Assembly (NCBI GenBank): GCA_041310335.1 | Contig: JBFYXW010000063.1 | Coordinates: 7,079 to 71,078, forward strand | Reading direction: 5' to 3' | Source: Syntrophaceae bacterium | GTDB lineage: Bacteria; Desulfobacterota; Syntrophia; Syntrophales; PHBD01 | Length of the DNA stretch: 64,000 nt | Shown here: positions 8,345 to 17,193 of the stretch, in pieces | Layout: each line of letters begins with the position of its first letter | Position numbering within the stretch: position 1 is the first letter of the stretch | Program-made: the position numbers and the translations under genes | The notes under the pieces: model-generated | What the model was told of the DNA's origin: nothing | Database searches by the model: none | What the model saw: the letters and a program-made list of their open reading frames with translations, nothing else

Positions 8345-9469
8345 TCAGCGGGCCTTTCCCAATAGCTGCGGGAGGATCCGTCCCGCCGCCGCCGCGTGCC
8401 CCGCCGGCGACCAGTGGTCGTCGAAGTCCAGGTAGAACTTCCTGCCGTCCGGGGTCTTCCGGACGAACTCCTCGAAATCGACGAAGCGGGTGCGCGGCAC
8501 CCCCCGGCCGAAGTCCCGAAGGACCCACCGGAGGTTCTCTGGCCGGTCCGCCTTGTAGACGATGGACTTGTCGGACGTGGTGGTCAGGATCAGCTCCGCC
8601 CCGCCCGCCGCCGCCCGCAGGCGCCGGAGACCGTAGCGGAGAAACCGGGTCTCGGGGCTGTCGGGCGGTTCCACCGCCTCCAGGGGGGGCGGAAAATCGT
8701 GCCCGGCGGGGGGCGGGTCGACCCGCATGGACTGCCGGATCCGGCGGCTCAGGAGGGGCCGGATGAAGCGGGCGTGGAAGGCCTTCAGGTAGGACTGGTA
8801 GAATCCCTTTTTCAAGGACCGGTACTCCGGTTGGTTCCTCCGGACGAGATCGGCGAAGATCCGCTCGGCCCCGGGCGGTGGGTGGTACGCCAGGTCGTAG
8901 GTCCCGTCGGGGAGCGGCGGCGTCATGCCGTCGATGTCGTTGGGGCAGAAGACGTAGATCACGGCCCGGGGCTTGAGAGCGTCCCGGTACAGTTCCAGGG
9001 CCGCCACGGCCTCCCGGATGCTCCAGCCCGGCATGGCCAGGTTGATCACCTGCCAGGACGGATCCATTTCCCGGAGTTCCCGCTCCAGGACCTGCCCCAG
9101 CGTCTCCGACCAGGAAACGCCCCAGCCGAAGGCAAACGAGTCGCCCAGGACCACCACGTTTTTCCGCCGTGGCGACCGGTCCCATTCACCCCCCCGGAAG
9201 CCCTGCGAGTTCGTGTCCACCGTGTAATCCAGCTGCCCGGGATAGGATTGGCGGACACCCTGGAGGTTTTTCTGGAGGGTGAACCCGAGGACGGGATGAA
9301 AGGCCCCGTACTGGGCCTGAATCACGGGCCGCCGGGCCTGGTAGACGGCCTCATCAAGGCTGCGGTTTTTCACGAGGGGGAGAGAGCATTCTGCGACGGC
9401 CAGGGCGACCGACACCGACAGGAGGACCAGCAGGGCGTCCAGGAGAAAGGTTCGCAGGGGACCTTTCAT
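8345..9469 (-). CDS. Membrane-anchored SGNH/GDSL-family hydrolase, paralogue of 2460..3491
   Basis: Start trimmed to MKGPLRTFLLDALLVLLSVSVALAV (ATG 9469). Block I is VVVLGDSFAFGWGV, block III is VFCPNDIDG, and the C-terminal DFDDHWSPAGH supplies Asp/His. 4-nt overlap with the upstream Vat gene. Confidence 0.75.
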   Translation of the reverse strand: MKGPLRTFLLDALLVLLSVSVALAVAECSLPLVKNRSLDEAVYQARRPVIQAQYGAFHPVLGFTLQKNLQGVRQSYPGQLDYTVDTNSQGFRGGEWDRSPRRKNVVVLGDSFAFGWGVSWSETLGQVLERELREMDPSWQVINLAMPGWSIREAVAALELYRDALKPRAVIYVFCPNDIDGMTPPLPDGTYDLAYHPPPGAERIFADLVRRNQPEYRSLKKGFYQSYLKAFHARFIRPLLSRRIRQSMRVDPPPAGHDFPPPLEAVEPPDSPETRFLRYGLRRLRAAAGGAELILTTTSDKSIVYKADRPENLRWVLRDFGRGVPRTRFVDFEEFVRKTPDGRKFYLDFDDHWSPAGHAAAAGRILPQLLGKAR

Positions 9470-10101
9470 GGGCTGTCCGGGGACTGGGCCGTACCGCCGC
9501 CGCGTCCCTCCGGGTCGAAGCGGTCGAGGAAAGCCCGGAGGTCGCCGCTGCACAGGAGGGATATCCGCTCGGCGATGACCTCGTCGGGCCAGTCCCACCA
9601 GCGGATTCTCAGGAGGCCGGCGATCGTCTCCTCGTCGAAGCGTCGGCTGACGGAGCGCGCGGGGTTGCCCACAGCCACGGTATAGGACTCGACATCCGAG
9701 GCCACCACGGCCCGGGCCCCGATGACGGCGCCGTCGCCGATGGTCACCCCCGAGAGGATCATGGCACCGTAACCGATCCAGACGTCGTTGCCGATGACCA
9801 CGTCACCTTTCGTAGAGGCCGAGTGGGCGATGGACGGCAGGTCGGGCCAGAAGGCCGAGAGGACCGGAAAAGGATAGGTCGTCACCCAGTCGGTTCGGTG
9901 GTCCCCGCCGAGGAAGATCGTCACGGATCCGGCGATGGAGCAGAACTTTCCGATTTTCAGGCGGGCCTCGGCGCCGTGAAACTGGACGACTTCCGGCTTC
10001 CCGTAAGTGTGGGCGCCGATCTCGGCGTAGGGTTCCCGGAGCCAGTCCCGCGTGTAAAACGCGTCCTTCCGGCGACCGAAGATGTCCTTGAGCGATTTCA
10101 T
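9466..10101 (-). CDS. Vat/CatB-type xenobiotic (hexapeptide-repeat) O-acetyltransferase
   Basis: YGKPEVVQF...KIGKFCSIAGSVTIFLGGDHRTDWVTTYPF...VVIGNDVWIGYGAMILSGVTIGDGAVIGARAVV...WWDWPDE is the canonical Vat/streptogramin-acetyltransferase pattern. ATG 10101 has AAGGA 9 nt upstream. Confidence 0.85.
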   Translation of the reverse strand: MKSLKDIFGRRKDAFYTRDWLREPYAEIGAHTYGKPEVVQFHGAEARLKIGKFCSIAGSVTIFLGGDHRTDWVTTYPFPVLSAFWPDLPSIAHSASTKGDVVIGNDVWIGYGAMILSGVTIGDGAVIGARAVVASDVESYTVAVGNPARSVSRRFDEETIAGLLRIRWWDWPDEVIAERISLLCSGDLRAFLDRFDPEGRGGGTAQSPDSP

Positions 10102-10241
10102 TCCGTCCAATCCTTCGGTTCCGCGTCAGACCGCACGGCCCGCCAATCCAAGCCGGATGATCCAGCCCGGCGGGAACTGCCAGCGTTGGGCCGGGGGCCC
10201 GTCGCGATGGGCGCCCCTCCGGCGGCGGGGGCACCCGTCCC

Positions 10242-11093
10242 TCATCCCGCCGCCCGCACCGCCGCCTGATAGGTGTTCTTCAGGAGCATGGCGATCGTCA
10301 TGGGTCCGACGCCGCCCGGAACGGGGGTGATCCAGGAGGCCCTGGCCTCGGCTTCCCGAAAGGCGACATCCCCCAGCAGTTTGCCCCCCTCCGAACGGTT
10401 GATGCCCACGTCGATGACCGCGGCGCCCTCGCGGACCATGTCGCCCCGGATCATTTCGGCCTTGCCGGCGGCGGCCACGAGGATCTCCGCCCGGCGGCAG
10501 ACTTCCCCCAGGTCCCGGGTCCGGGTGTGACAGATCGTGACCGTGGCGTGCCGGGCCAGGAGCATCAGGGACAGGGGCTTCCCGACGAGGTTGCTCCGGC
10601 CGACGATGACGGCCTCCTTTCCCTCGATGGGAATGCCGTACCGGTCCAAAAGCTCGATGACCCCCGAAGGCGTGCAGGCCCTGTGGAACGGGTCACCCGA
10701 GAAGAGGCGCCCCGCGTTGAAGGGGTGCAGCCCGTCCACGTCCTTCCGCGGGTCGATGGCCTCGACGACCGCCTCGGGGCGGATCTGCCGGGGCACGGGC
10801 ATCTGGACGAGGATCCCGTGGATCTCGCGGTCCGCGTTGAGTTCCCCGATGATGCCGAGGACTTCCGCCTCCGGAGTCCCCGCCGGGAGCCGGTACTCCC
10901 GGGAGAGAAACCCCGCTTCGTCGCAAGCCTTCCTCTTTCCCCGGACGTACACCTGGGAGGCCGGATCGTCTCCCACGAGGATCACCGCCAGCCCCGGGGC
11001 GCCCCCCCCTGCCTTTTTCAACGCCGCCGCCTGTTCCCGCAGTTCCTCCCGGACCTGCCCGGCCACGGCCTTTCCGTCGATGATGGTTGCCAT
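10242..11093 (-). CDS. folD: Bifunctional 5,10-methylene-THF dehydrogenase / methenyl-THF cyclohydrolase
   Basis: MATIIDGKAVA...PGLAVILVGDDPASQVYVRGKRKAC...HGILVQMPVP...VIVGRSNLVGKPL...PVPGGVGPMTIAML, full-length FolD. Confidence 0.95.
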   Translation of the reverse strand: MATIIDGKAVAGQVREELREQAAALKKAGGGAPGLAVILVGDDPASQVYVRGKRKACDEAGFLSREYRLPAGTPEAEVLGIIGELNADREIHGILVQMPVPRQIRPEAVVEAIDPRKDVDGLHPFNAGRLFSGDPFHRACTPSGVIELLDRYGIPIEGKEAVIVGRSNLVGKPLSLMLLARHATVTICHTRTRDLGEVCRRAEILVAAAGKAEMIRGDMVREGAAVIDVGINRSEGGKLLGDVAFREAEARASWITPVPGGVGPMTIAMLLKNTYQAAVRAAG

Positions 11094-11144
11094 AGATACC
11101 CGTACCTTCCCGATCAGGGTCTACCCGCCTCCTGTATCAAAAGG

Positions 11145-11203
11145 AATCGAAAAAAGAAATCCCCCTCCTGCCAGCCGTCGCATCCGAGGCTGGGGGAGGG
11201 GGA
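11145..11203 (-). terminator. Rho-independent terminator after the redoxin gene
   Basis: On the minus strand, TCCCCCTCC (11203-11195) pairs with GGAGGGGGA (11168-11160). An inner CAGCC/GGCTG stem sits inside, followed by TTTCTTTTTTCG. Confidence 0.55.
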
Positions 11204-11228
11204 TCCGCTCCGTTCGATCCGCGGGTCG

Positions 11229-11762
11229 CTATTTGTTCTGGTACTCCTTGATGACGGCAATCATCTTGTCGATCTCGGCCTTCGGCAGCTTGCCCTTGTA
11301 GAGGTAACGGCAGATCCGCTGCTTGTCGAGGACGACCACACTGGACAGCTTGTTCGTGAGTCCCCACGAGTTCACCAGGGTGTAATCGGGATCGAGGAGG
11401 AAGACCGCGTCGGGCGATTCCTTCTGCTTGCTCGCGATCATCCGGTTGAGGATGAAGTCGGGAACCACGCTGGCTTTCAGGTTGACGACGCCCAGGCCCT
11501 TGTACTTCGTGTTCCTCTCCAGGCCCGGGGCCGACTTGAGGGCGAACTGGGCGTCGTTGTTCATGTCCTTGGAGCCCGGGTCGGCGTAGAAGATCGAGAT
11601 GACCTTCCCGGCGATGATGGGGGAGTTCAGGTTGACGTTATTCCCTTTCGTGTCCTTCAGGTTGAAGTTGGGCGCCTTGTCGCCCACCTTCAGGTCCGCC
11701 GCGAACGCCGTCGATCCGAGCAGGAACAGGACCGCGGCACAAACCAGCAACGCTCTCTTCAT
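11229..11762 (-). CDS. Periplasmic thioredoxin-fold protein (redoxin/YtfJ-like) lacking the peroxidatic Cys
   Basis: Signal peptide MKRALLVCAAVLFLLGSTAFA. Redoxin-like VGDKAPNFNLKDTKGNNVNL, but FYADPGSKDMNND sits where the FYPxDFTxVC active site would be. Start ATG 11762, with GGAGG 7 nt upstream. Confidence 0.65.
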   Translation of the reverse strand: MKRALLVCAAVLFLLGSTAFAADLKVGDKAPNFNLKDTKGNNVNLNSPIIAGKVISIFYADPGSKDMNNDAQFALKSAPGLERNTKYKGLGVVNLKASVVPDFILNRMIASKQKESPDAVFLLDPDYTLVNSWGLTNKLSSVVVLDKQRICRYLYKGKLPKAEIDKMIAVIKEYQNK

Positions 11763-11871
11763 GACCATGCCTCCGTGTGATGGATTTTGTTTGCCGCCCG
11801 CACCCCTGTGCCACCCATCGGGATGGAACGCCCTCTGCCAGGGCCGGGGTCCCTCCTGCGGAAGCGGGCCG

Positions 11872-11900
11872 ATTATAGGCAAAATCCCCTCCGCGGGCAA
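11872..11900 (-). promoter_or_regulatory. Putative sigma-70 promoter (TTGCCC-N17-TATAAT) for the redoxin gene
   Basis: Minus strand: TTGCCC (11900-11895), a 17-nt spacer, then TATAAT (11877-11872), about 110 nt upstream of ATG 11762. Confidence 0.35.
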
Positions 11901-11912
11901 GAGAAAAACGGA

Positions 11913-13538
11913 TCAGGATGTCAGGGTCATCTTTCCCTCGGCGTACATCTGTCGAAGGTCCCGCTTGCTGAACTTTCCGACGCTCGTCTTGGGGATCGCC
12001 TCGACGAAGGCGAACTGCCGGGGAATCCACCAGTCGGCCTTGACCCTGTCCTTGAGGAAATCCCGGATCTCCTCCACCGTCAGCGTCTCCCCGGGCTTGA
12101 CAACGAGGCAGCCCAGGGGCCGCTCCGACCACTTCTCGTCGGGGATCCCGATGACCGCCGCCTCCAACACCTTCGGGTGGGCCATGATGAGATTCTCCAG
12201 GTCCACCGAGGAGATCCACTCTCCGCCGCTCTTGACGAGGTCCTTCGTCCGGTCCACCAGGCGGACATAACCCTCCGAATCGATGGTCCCCACGTCCCCC
12301 GTGTGGAGCCAGCCATCGGCAAAGACGGGGGCCGACCGCTCGGGATCCTTGTAGTACTCCTTCGCGATCCAGGGGCCCCGGAGCAGGATCTCCCCCCAGG
12401 ACTTGCCGTCGGCGGGGACGTCCCGGCCCCGCTCGTCGACGATCCGCATCTCCAGCCCCGGCACGAGGAGGCCGGCACTGGACTTGACGTCATACATCTC
12501 CTGCTGCGACAGCCCCTCCATGTAGCTCTTCGGGATCGCCGCCAGGACCAGCGGCGTCGTTTCCGTCATGCCGTAGGCCTGGTGGATCGGGAAGCCGTAC
12601 TTCTCGTTGAGTCCCTCCATGAGGAACCGGGGACAGGCGGACCCGCCGGAGAAGATGCCCTTGAGGGAGGAGAAGTCGTGCCACCCCCCGGCCTCGAGGT
12701 ACTGGTAGAGCATCATCCAGATGGTGGGAACGCCGGCGGTGAAGGTGACCTTCTCCTCGGCGATGGCCCGGCAGATCCTCTCCATGTTCAGGAGCTCCCG
12801 CCCGGGGAGGACCTGCTTGCACGCCAGGGCCATGCAGGCGAAGGGCACGCCCCAGGCGTTGGCGTGGAACATGGGCACGACGTGGAGGCAGCAGTCGCTC
12901 TCCAGGGTGCCGAGGGTGCAGCAGGCCGCGTAGGTGTGCATCACGAGGCCCCGGTGGCTGTAGACGACCCCCTTGGGGTCCCCCGTCGTGGCGGAGGTGT
13001 AGCAGATGAGCGCCGGGTCCCACTCGGAGAGGTCCCGCGGCCAGTCGTACTCCGTGGGGAAGGGGGCGATGAGGTCGTCGTAGAGGGTGACGGGGCTGAG
13101 GGACGTCTGGGGCATCTTCCCCGTCTGGGAGAGGATCACGTAGTGCTTCACCGTCGTGAGCTGGTCCTTCACCAGTTCCAGGAAGAAGACCAGGTCCTCG
13201 TCCACGAAGACCACCTGGTCCTCCGCGTGGTTGAGGATGTAGGCCAGGTGGTGCGAGGGCAGCCGGAAGTTGACGGTGTGCAGGGCCGCCCCCATGCAGG
13301 GAACGCCGAAATACAGCTCCAGGTGGCGGTGGCTGTTGAGGGCCACGCTGGCCACGCGGTCGCCCCGCTTCACCCCGAGTGATTTCAGGGCGTGGGCAAG
13401 CTGACAGGTCCGCCGGTAGTAATCTCCGTAGGTGTAGCGGAAGACCTGGTCGGGATAGATGGAGACAATCTCTTTTTTCGGGAAAAACTTCGCCGCCCGG
13501 GTCAGGAACGGCGTCAGCAGGAGCGGGTAGTCCATCAT
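11913..13538 (-). CDS. AMP-dependent acyl-CoA synthetase (medium/long-chain fatty-acid--CoA ligase family)
   Basis: AMP-binding signature YTSATTGDPKGVVYSH, plus GMTETTP, GWLHTGDVG and a C-terminal SVGKFSKRDLR. Start trimmed to MMDYPLLL (ATG 13538, with GGAGGA 7 nt upstream). Confidence 0.85.
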   Translation of the reverse strand: MMDYPLLLTPFLTRAAKFFPKKEIVSIYPDQVFRYTYGDYYRRTCQLAHALKSLGVKRGDRVASVALNSHRHLELYFGVPCMGAALHTVNFRLPSHHLAYILNHAEDQVVFVDEDLVFFLELVKDQLTTVKHYVILSQTGKMPQTSLSPVTLYDDLIAPFPTEYDWPRDLSEWDPALICYTSATTGDPKGVVYSHRGLVMHTYAACCTLGTLESDCCLHVVPMFHANAWGVPFACMALACKQVLPGRELLNMERICRAIAEEKVTFTAGVPTIWMMLYQYLEAGGWHDFSSLKGIFSGGSACPRFLMEGLNEKYGFPIHQAYGMTETTPLVLAAIPKSYMEGLSQQEMYDVKSSAGLLVPGLEMRIVDERGRDVPADGKSWGEILLRGPWIAKEYYKDPERSAPVFADGWLHTGDVGTIDSEGYVRLVDRTKDLVKSGGEWISSVDLENLIMAHPKVLEAAVIGIPDEKWSERPLGCLVVKPGETLTVEEIRDFLKDRVKADWWIPRQFAFVEAIPKTSVGKFSKRDLRQMYAEGKMTLTS

Positions 13539-13617
13539 GGCGTCGTCCTCCATAAACTGTGAAATGGGACGGCCGGGGGCCGCCCTCGGGTTGGCCCCCG
13601 GCTCCGTCACGTCGTTG

Positions 13618-15288
13618 TCAGGGCGCGCCCAGTTTCTGCTTGATGTCCTCCCGCAGGACCTTCTTCAGGATCTTCCCCACGGGGTTGCGCGGAATGGCGT
13701 CGATGACCTCCAGGCGTTCGGGGATCTTGTAGACCGCCAGTCCCTTCTCGTTCATGTAGGCCTTGATCTCCTCCAGGTTCACTGTCTCGCCCGGCTTCGG
13801 CACCACGTAGATGCAGGTCTTCTCTCCCAGGGCCTCGTCGGGCATGGCCACCGCGGCGGCGTCGAGGACCTTCGGGAAGCCCAGGACCATGTTCTCCACC
13901 TCCTGGGCGCTGATGTTGTAGCCGCCCCGGATGATGATGTCCTTCGAACGCTCGAAGAAGCCGATGCACTCGTTGTCCTTCAGCTGGAAGAGGTCGCCGG
14001 TGTTGAAGTACCCCTCGGCGTCGAAGGCCTTGGCCGTCAGGTCGGGCCGCTTGAAGTAGCCGGGGATCACGTTGGGGCCCCGGTACCAGAGCTCGCCGAC
14101 CTCCCCCTCTTTCTTCGGGCCCCCGGGGATGGCGGCGTTCACCAGCTTCATGGAAACATGCTTGGACATCATGGTCCCCGTCCGGGTCCACTTGCTTCCC
14201 GGGCCGTTGAAGAGGAAATGGTCCAGGCGCATGGCCATGTCGGGAATGTCGTAGCCGCTGGCCACGTTGGCCGTCCCCTCGTTCTGGCCCCAGATGTTGG
14301 CGAAGTCGATGCCCCAGCGGCGCCGGAGCTCCTCGACGGACCACAGGGAGGGCGGGGCGGCGCCGATGGTGATGGCCCTCATCTTGCTGAAGTCGAACTT
14401 GTCCACCATGGGGTGCTTCAAGAGAGCGTTCACCACCGCCGGCACGAGCAGCGTGTAGTGGATCTCCTCCGCCATGAGCTGCATGACGAAGGTGGGGCCG
14501 TCGAAGGGGTGGTGGAGGACCAGTTTCCCGCCGCCAATGAGCCACGGGATATACACCGTCCCGATGGAGGCCATGTTGACCAGCGGCCCCGCCGTGATGA
14601 GGTTGTCCCCCCAAGAGATGGGGGCCATCTCGAAGCACAGGTTCCCCTGGCAGATCCAGTTGTTGTGGGAGAGCGGACAGCCCTTGGGCTCCGCCTCCGT
14701 CCCGGAAGACCAGGAGAGGGTGAAGACGTCGTTGGCATCGACGACGATGCCGTCGAGCTTTCCCGTCACGGGCCCCTGAGACATCTCCCGGATCTCCGGC
14801 AGGTAGAGGATCTCCCGGATGGAGGCCTGCTTCGCCTTGACCTTCTCTGCCAGTTCCTTGTGGTTGAAGTTCCCGAAGGACTCGACGGTGAGGATGGCCT
14901 TCGCCTCCGTCAACCCCGCGATGTATTCCAGTTCCGAGGCCCGCCACTGCATGGGCATGGGGGAGATGAGGCCGCCCATGCGCGAAACGGCGAGGTAGAG
15001 CATGGCCAGCTCCCAGGTGTTGGGGAGCTGTACCATGAAGATGTCGTCCTTCCCGAATCCCTTCGCCAGGAGCCCCTCCGCGACGGCGTCGGCGGCCCGG
15101 GCGAGTTCCGCGTAGGTCAGCTTCTCCTGCTTCAGGCCCACCAGGGCCTCCTTGTTCATGGGGTCCACGAGGCAGACCTTGTCGGGCTGCTTGCGGACAT
15201 GGAAGCGGAAATAGTCGAGCAGCGTCTTCTTGCCCCAGGCCCCCGCCTCGGTCCAGCGGCGAATCGTTTCCGGTGATGCCAGGATCAT
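13618..15288 (-). CDS. AMP-dependent acyl-CoA synthetase/ligase (class I adenylate-forming)
   Basis: SWSSGTEAEPKGCPLSH (AMP-binding), YFNTGDLF, RSKDIIIRGGYNISAQEVE and PVGKILKKVLRE. Confidence 0.85.
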   Translation of the reverse strand: MILASPETIRRWTEAGAWGKKTLLDYFRFHVRKQPDKVCLVDPMNKEALVGLKQEKLTYAELARAADAVAEGLLAKGFGKDDIFMVQLPNTWELAMLYLAVSRMGGLISPMPMQWRASELEYIAGLTEAKAILTVESFGNFNHKELAEKVKAKQASIREILYLPEIREMSQGPVTGKLDGIVVDANDVFTLSWSSGTEAEPKGCPLSHNNWICQGNLCFEMAPISWGDNLITAGPLVNMASIGTVYIPWLIGGGKLVLHHPFDGPTFVMQLMAEEIHYTLLVPAVVNALLKHPMVDKFDFSKMRAITIGAAPPSLWSVEELRRRWGIDFANIWGQNEGTANVASGYDIPDMAMRLDHFLFNGPGSKWTRTGTMMSKHVSMKLVNAAIPGGPKKEGEVGELWYRGPNVIPGYFKRPDLTAKAFDAEGYFNTGDLFQLKDNECIGFFERSKDIIIRGGYNISAQEVENMVLGFPKVLDAAAVAMPDEALGEKTCIYVVPKPGETVNLEEIKAYMNEKGLAVYKIPERLEVIDAIPRNPVGKILKKVLREDIKQKLGAP

Positions 15289-15366
15289 CGTTTCCTCCTT
15301 CTTTTCTTCCGGTTGGGCCGACCCCGGCCGGGGCCGGCGGATGCGTTCACGGGCCGCGGCCGTCCC

Positions 15367-17025
15367 TCAACCCTTCCCCTGTTTCTTCATCTCCAGGTCC
15401 CGGAGCTCCCGCCGCAGGATCTTTCCCACGGCGCTTTTCGGGAGGGCGTCCAGGAACTCCACGATCTTCGGGATCTTGTAGGCCGCCAGGGTCTGCCGGC
15501 AGAAGGACGTCACCTCTTCTTCCGTCAGGGTTTGCCCCGGCTTGGCCACCACGAAGGTCTTCACCGTCTCCCCGCGGTAGGCGTCGGGAATCCCGATGGT
15601 GCACACCTCGAGCACCTTCGGGTGCGTCATGAGGAGCTCGTCGATCTCCTTGGGATAGATATTGAAGCCGCTGGCGAGGATCATGTCCTTCTTCCGGTCC
15701 ACGATGGTGACGTAGCCGTCCTCGTCCATGACCCCGATGTCACCGGTGTAGAGCCAGCCGTCGATCAGGACTTTCGCCGTCTCTTCCGGGTTCTTGTAGT
15801 ACCCCATCATGACCTGGGGCCCCTTGAAGCAGATTTCGCCGGACTCCCCCTGCTTCACTTCCGTCTTCCCCGTCTCGAGATCCACGATCTTCAGGTCCGT
15901 GTTGGGGAAGGGGATCCCGACGGTGCCGGGCTTCTCGTCGCCGCCCCAGGGCGTCGCCGTCCCCATGGGGGTGATCTCCGTGAGGCCGTAGATGTTCACC
16001 AGGGGAACGTTCCGCCGCTCCTTGAGCATCTTGATGGTCTCCACCGCCATGGGGGCCGAACCGGTCAGGTAGGCCTTCACAAAGGAGAGGTCCATCTTCT
16101 GGAACCGCTCGGAATGGAGGAGCGCCACGAAAATCGTGGAGACGCCCGGGAGAAACGTGGGCTTGAACTTCTCCAGGAGGTCCAGGATCCGGTCCGGCTC
16201 CGGCCGCGGGACAAGAATGTCCGTCCAGCCGGCGTAGATGGACGTATTCTGGAGCCCCGTCCAGCCGGCGGCGTGGAAGAAGGGGAAGATGGCCAGCGTC
16301 CGCTCTTCTCCGTCCTTGGAGTCGACGAACCAGACCCGGAACTGCTGGGTGTTGAAAGAGATGTTGGCGTGGCTCAGCATGACCCCCTTGCTGAGTCCCG
16401 TCGTGCCGCCCGTGTAGATCAAGGCCCCCAGGTCCTCCAAGGCCGCCTCGTTCGGAACCGGGTCGTCCGGCTGGGGACCGATGAGGTCCATGAATTTGTG
16501 GACCCCCTCCGCGGGCGGAACGTCGGCGGGCGGAAAGAACGGCTTGAGCGGCTCCGGGAGGTAGTCCGCGAGGCCGCAGAGGATGGCTTTCTTCGCCCCC
16601 GTGCTTTGCTGGAGCTTCCGGGCCACCGGGTGGAACAGGTCGAGGGTGACCATCACGGTGGACTCGGAGTCGTTCAGCTGGTGCGCCAGCTCGTGCTCCG
16701 TGTAGAGGGGGTTGTTCATGACGTTGACCGCCCCGATGCGGAACGCCGCGTACTCGGCGATGACGATCTGGGGGATGTTGGGAAGGATCATGGACACCTT
16801 GTCGCCTTTTTTGACCCCCAGGGCGAGCAGGGCCCGGGCGAACCGGTTGACCAGGCCTTCCAGTTGCCGGTAGGTGATGACGGTGCCGAAATAGATGAGT
16901 GCGGGGTTGTCGGGAAACCGCGAGGCTGAACGCGTCAGGGCCTCGGGCATGGTGATCCGGTCGAAGTCCATCTCCGCCGGGATGCCGGGTGGATAGTTCT
17001 TGTGCCAGATCCGCTGGAAAGACAT
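15367..17025 (-). CDS. Long-chain-fatty-acid--CoA ligase (FadD-like)
   Basis: MSFQRIWHKNYPPGIP N-terminus typical of FadD, plus IYTGGTTGLSKGVMLSH, YGLTEITP, GWLYTGDIG and SAVGKILRRELR. Confidence 0.85.
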   Translation of the reverse strand: MSFQRIWHKNYPPGIPAEMDFDRITMPEALTRSASRFPDNPALIYFGTVITYRQLEGLVNRFARALLALGVKKGDKVSMILPNIPQIVIAEYAAFRIGAVNVMNNPLYTEHELAHQLNDSESTVMVTLDLFHPVARKLQQSTGAKKAILCGLADYLPEPLKPFFPPADVPPAEGVHKFMDLIGPQPDDPVPNEAALEDLGALIYTGGTTGLSKGVMLSHANISFNTQQFRVWFVDSKDGEERTLAIFPFFHAAGWTGLQNTSIYAGWTDILVPRPEPDRILDLLEKFKPTFLPGVSTIFVALLHSERFQKMDLSFVKAYLTGSAPMAVETIKMLKERRNVPLVNIYGLTEITPMGTATPWGGDEKPGTVGIPFPNTDLKIVDLETGKTEVKQGESGEICFKGPQVMMGYYKNPEETAKVLIDGWLYTGDIGVMDEDGYVTIVDRKKDMILASGFNIYPKEIDELLMTHPKVLEVCTIGIPDAYRGETVKTFVVAKPGQTLTEEEVTSFCRQTLAAYKIPKIVEFLDALPKSAVGKILRRELRDLEMKKQGKG

Positions 17026-17193
17026 AGGTTCCCTCCTTTTCTTTCACGGTGGAACGTTGGTTGGACATGAACCGGTCCGTCAACCGACGGCAACGGTGCG
17101 TCCGCGCCGGGATACGCCCGGCACGGCGCCCCGTTGCCTCCTATTTCATCCAATGCCCGCTGGAACCACCTCCTCCCAGGCTGTTCTGCTTTC

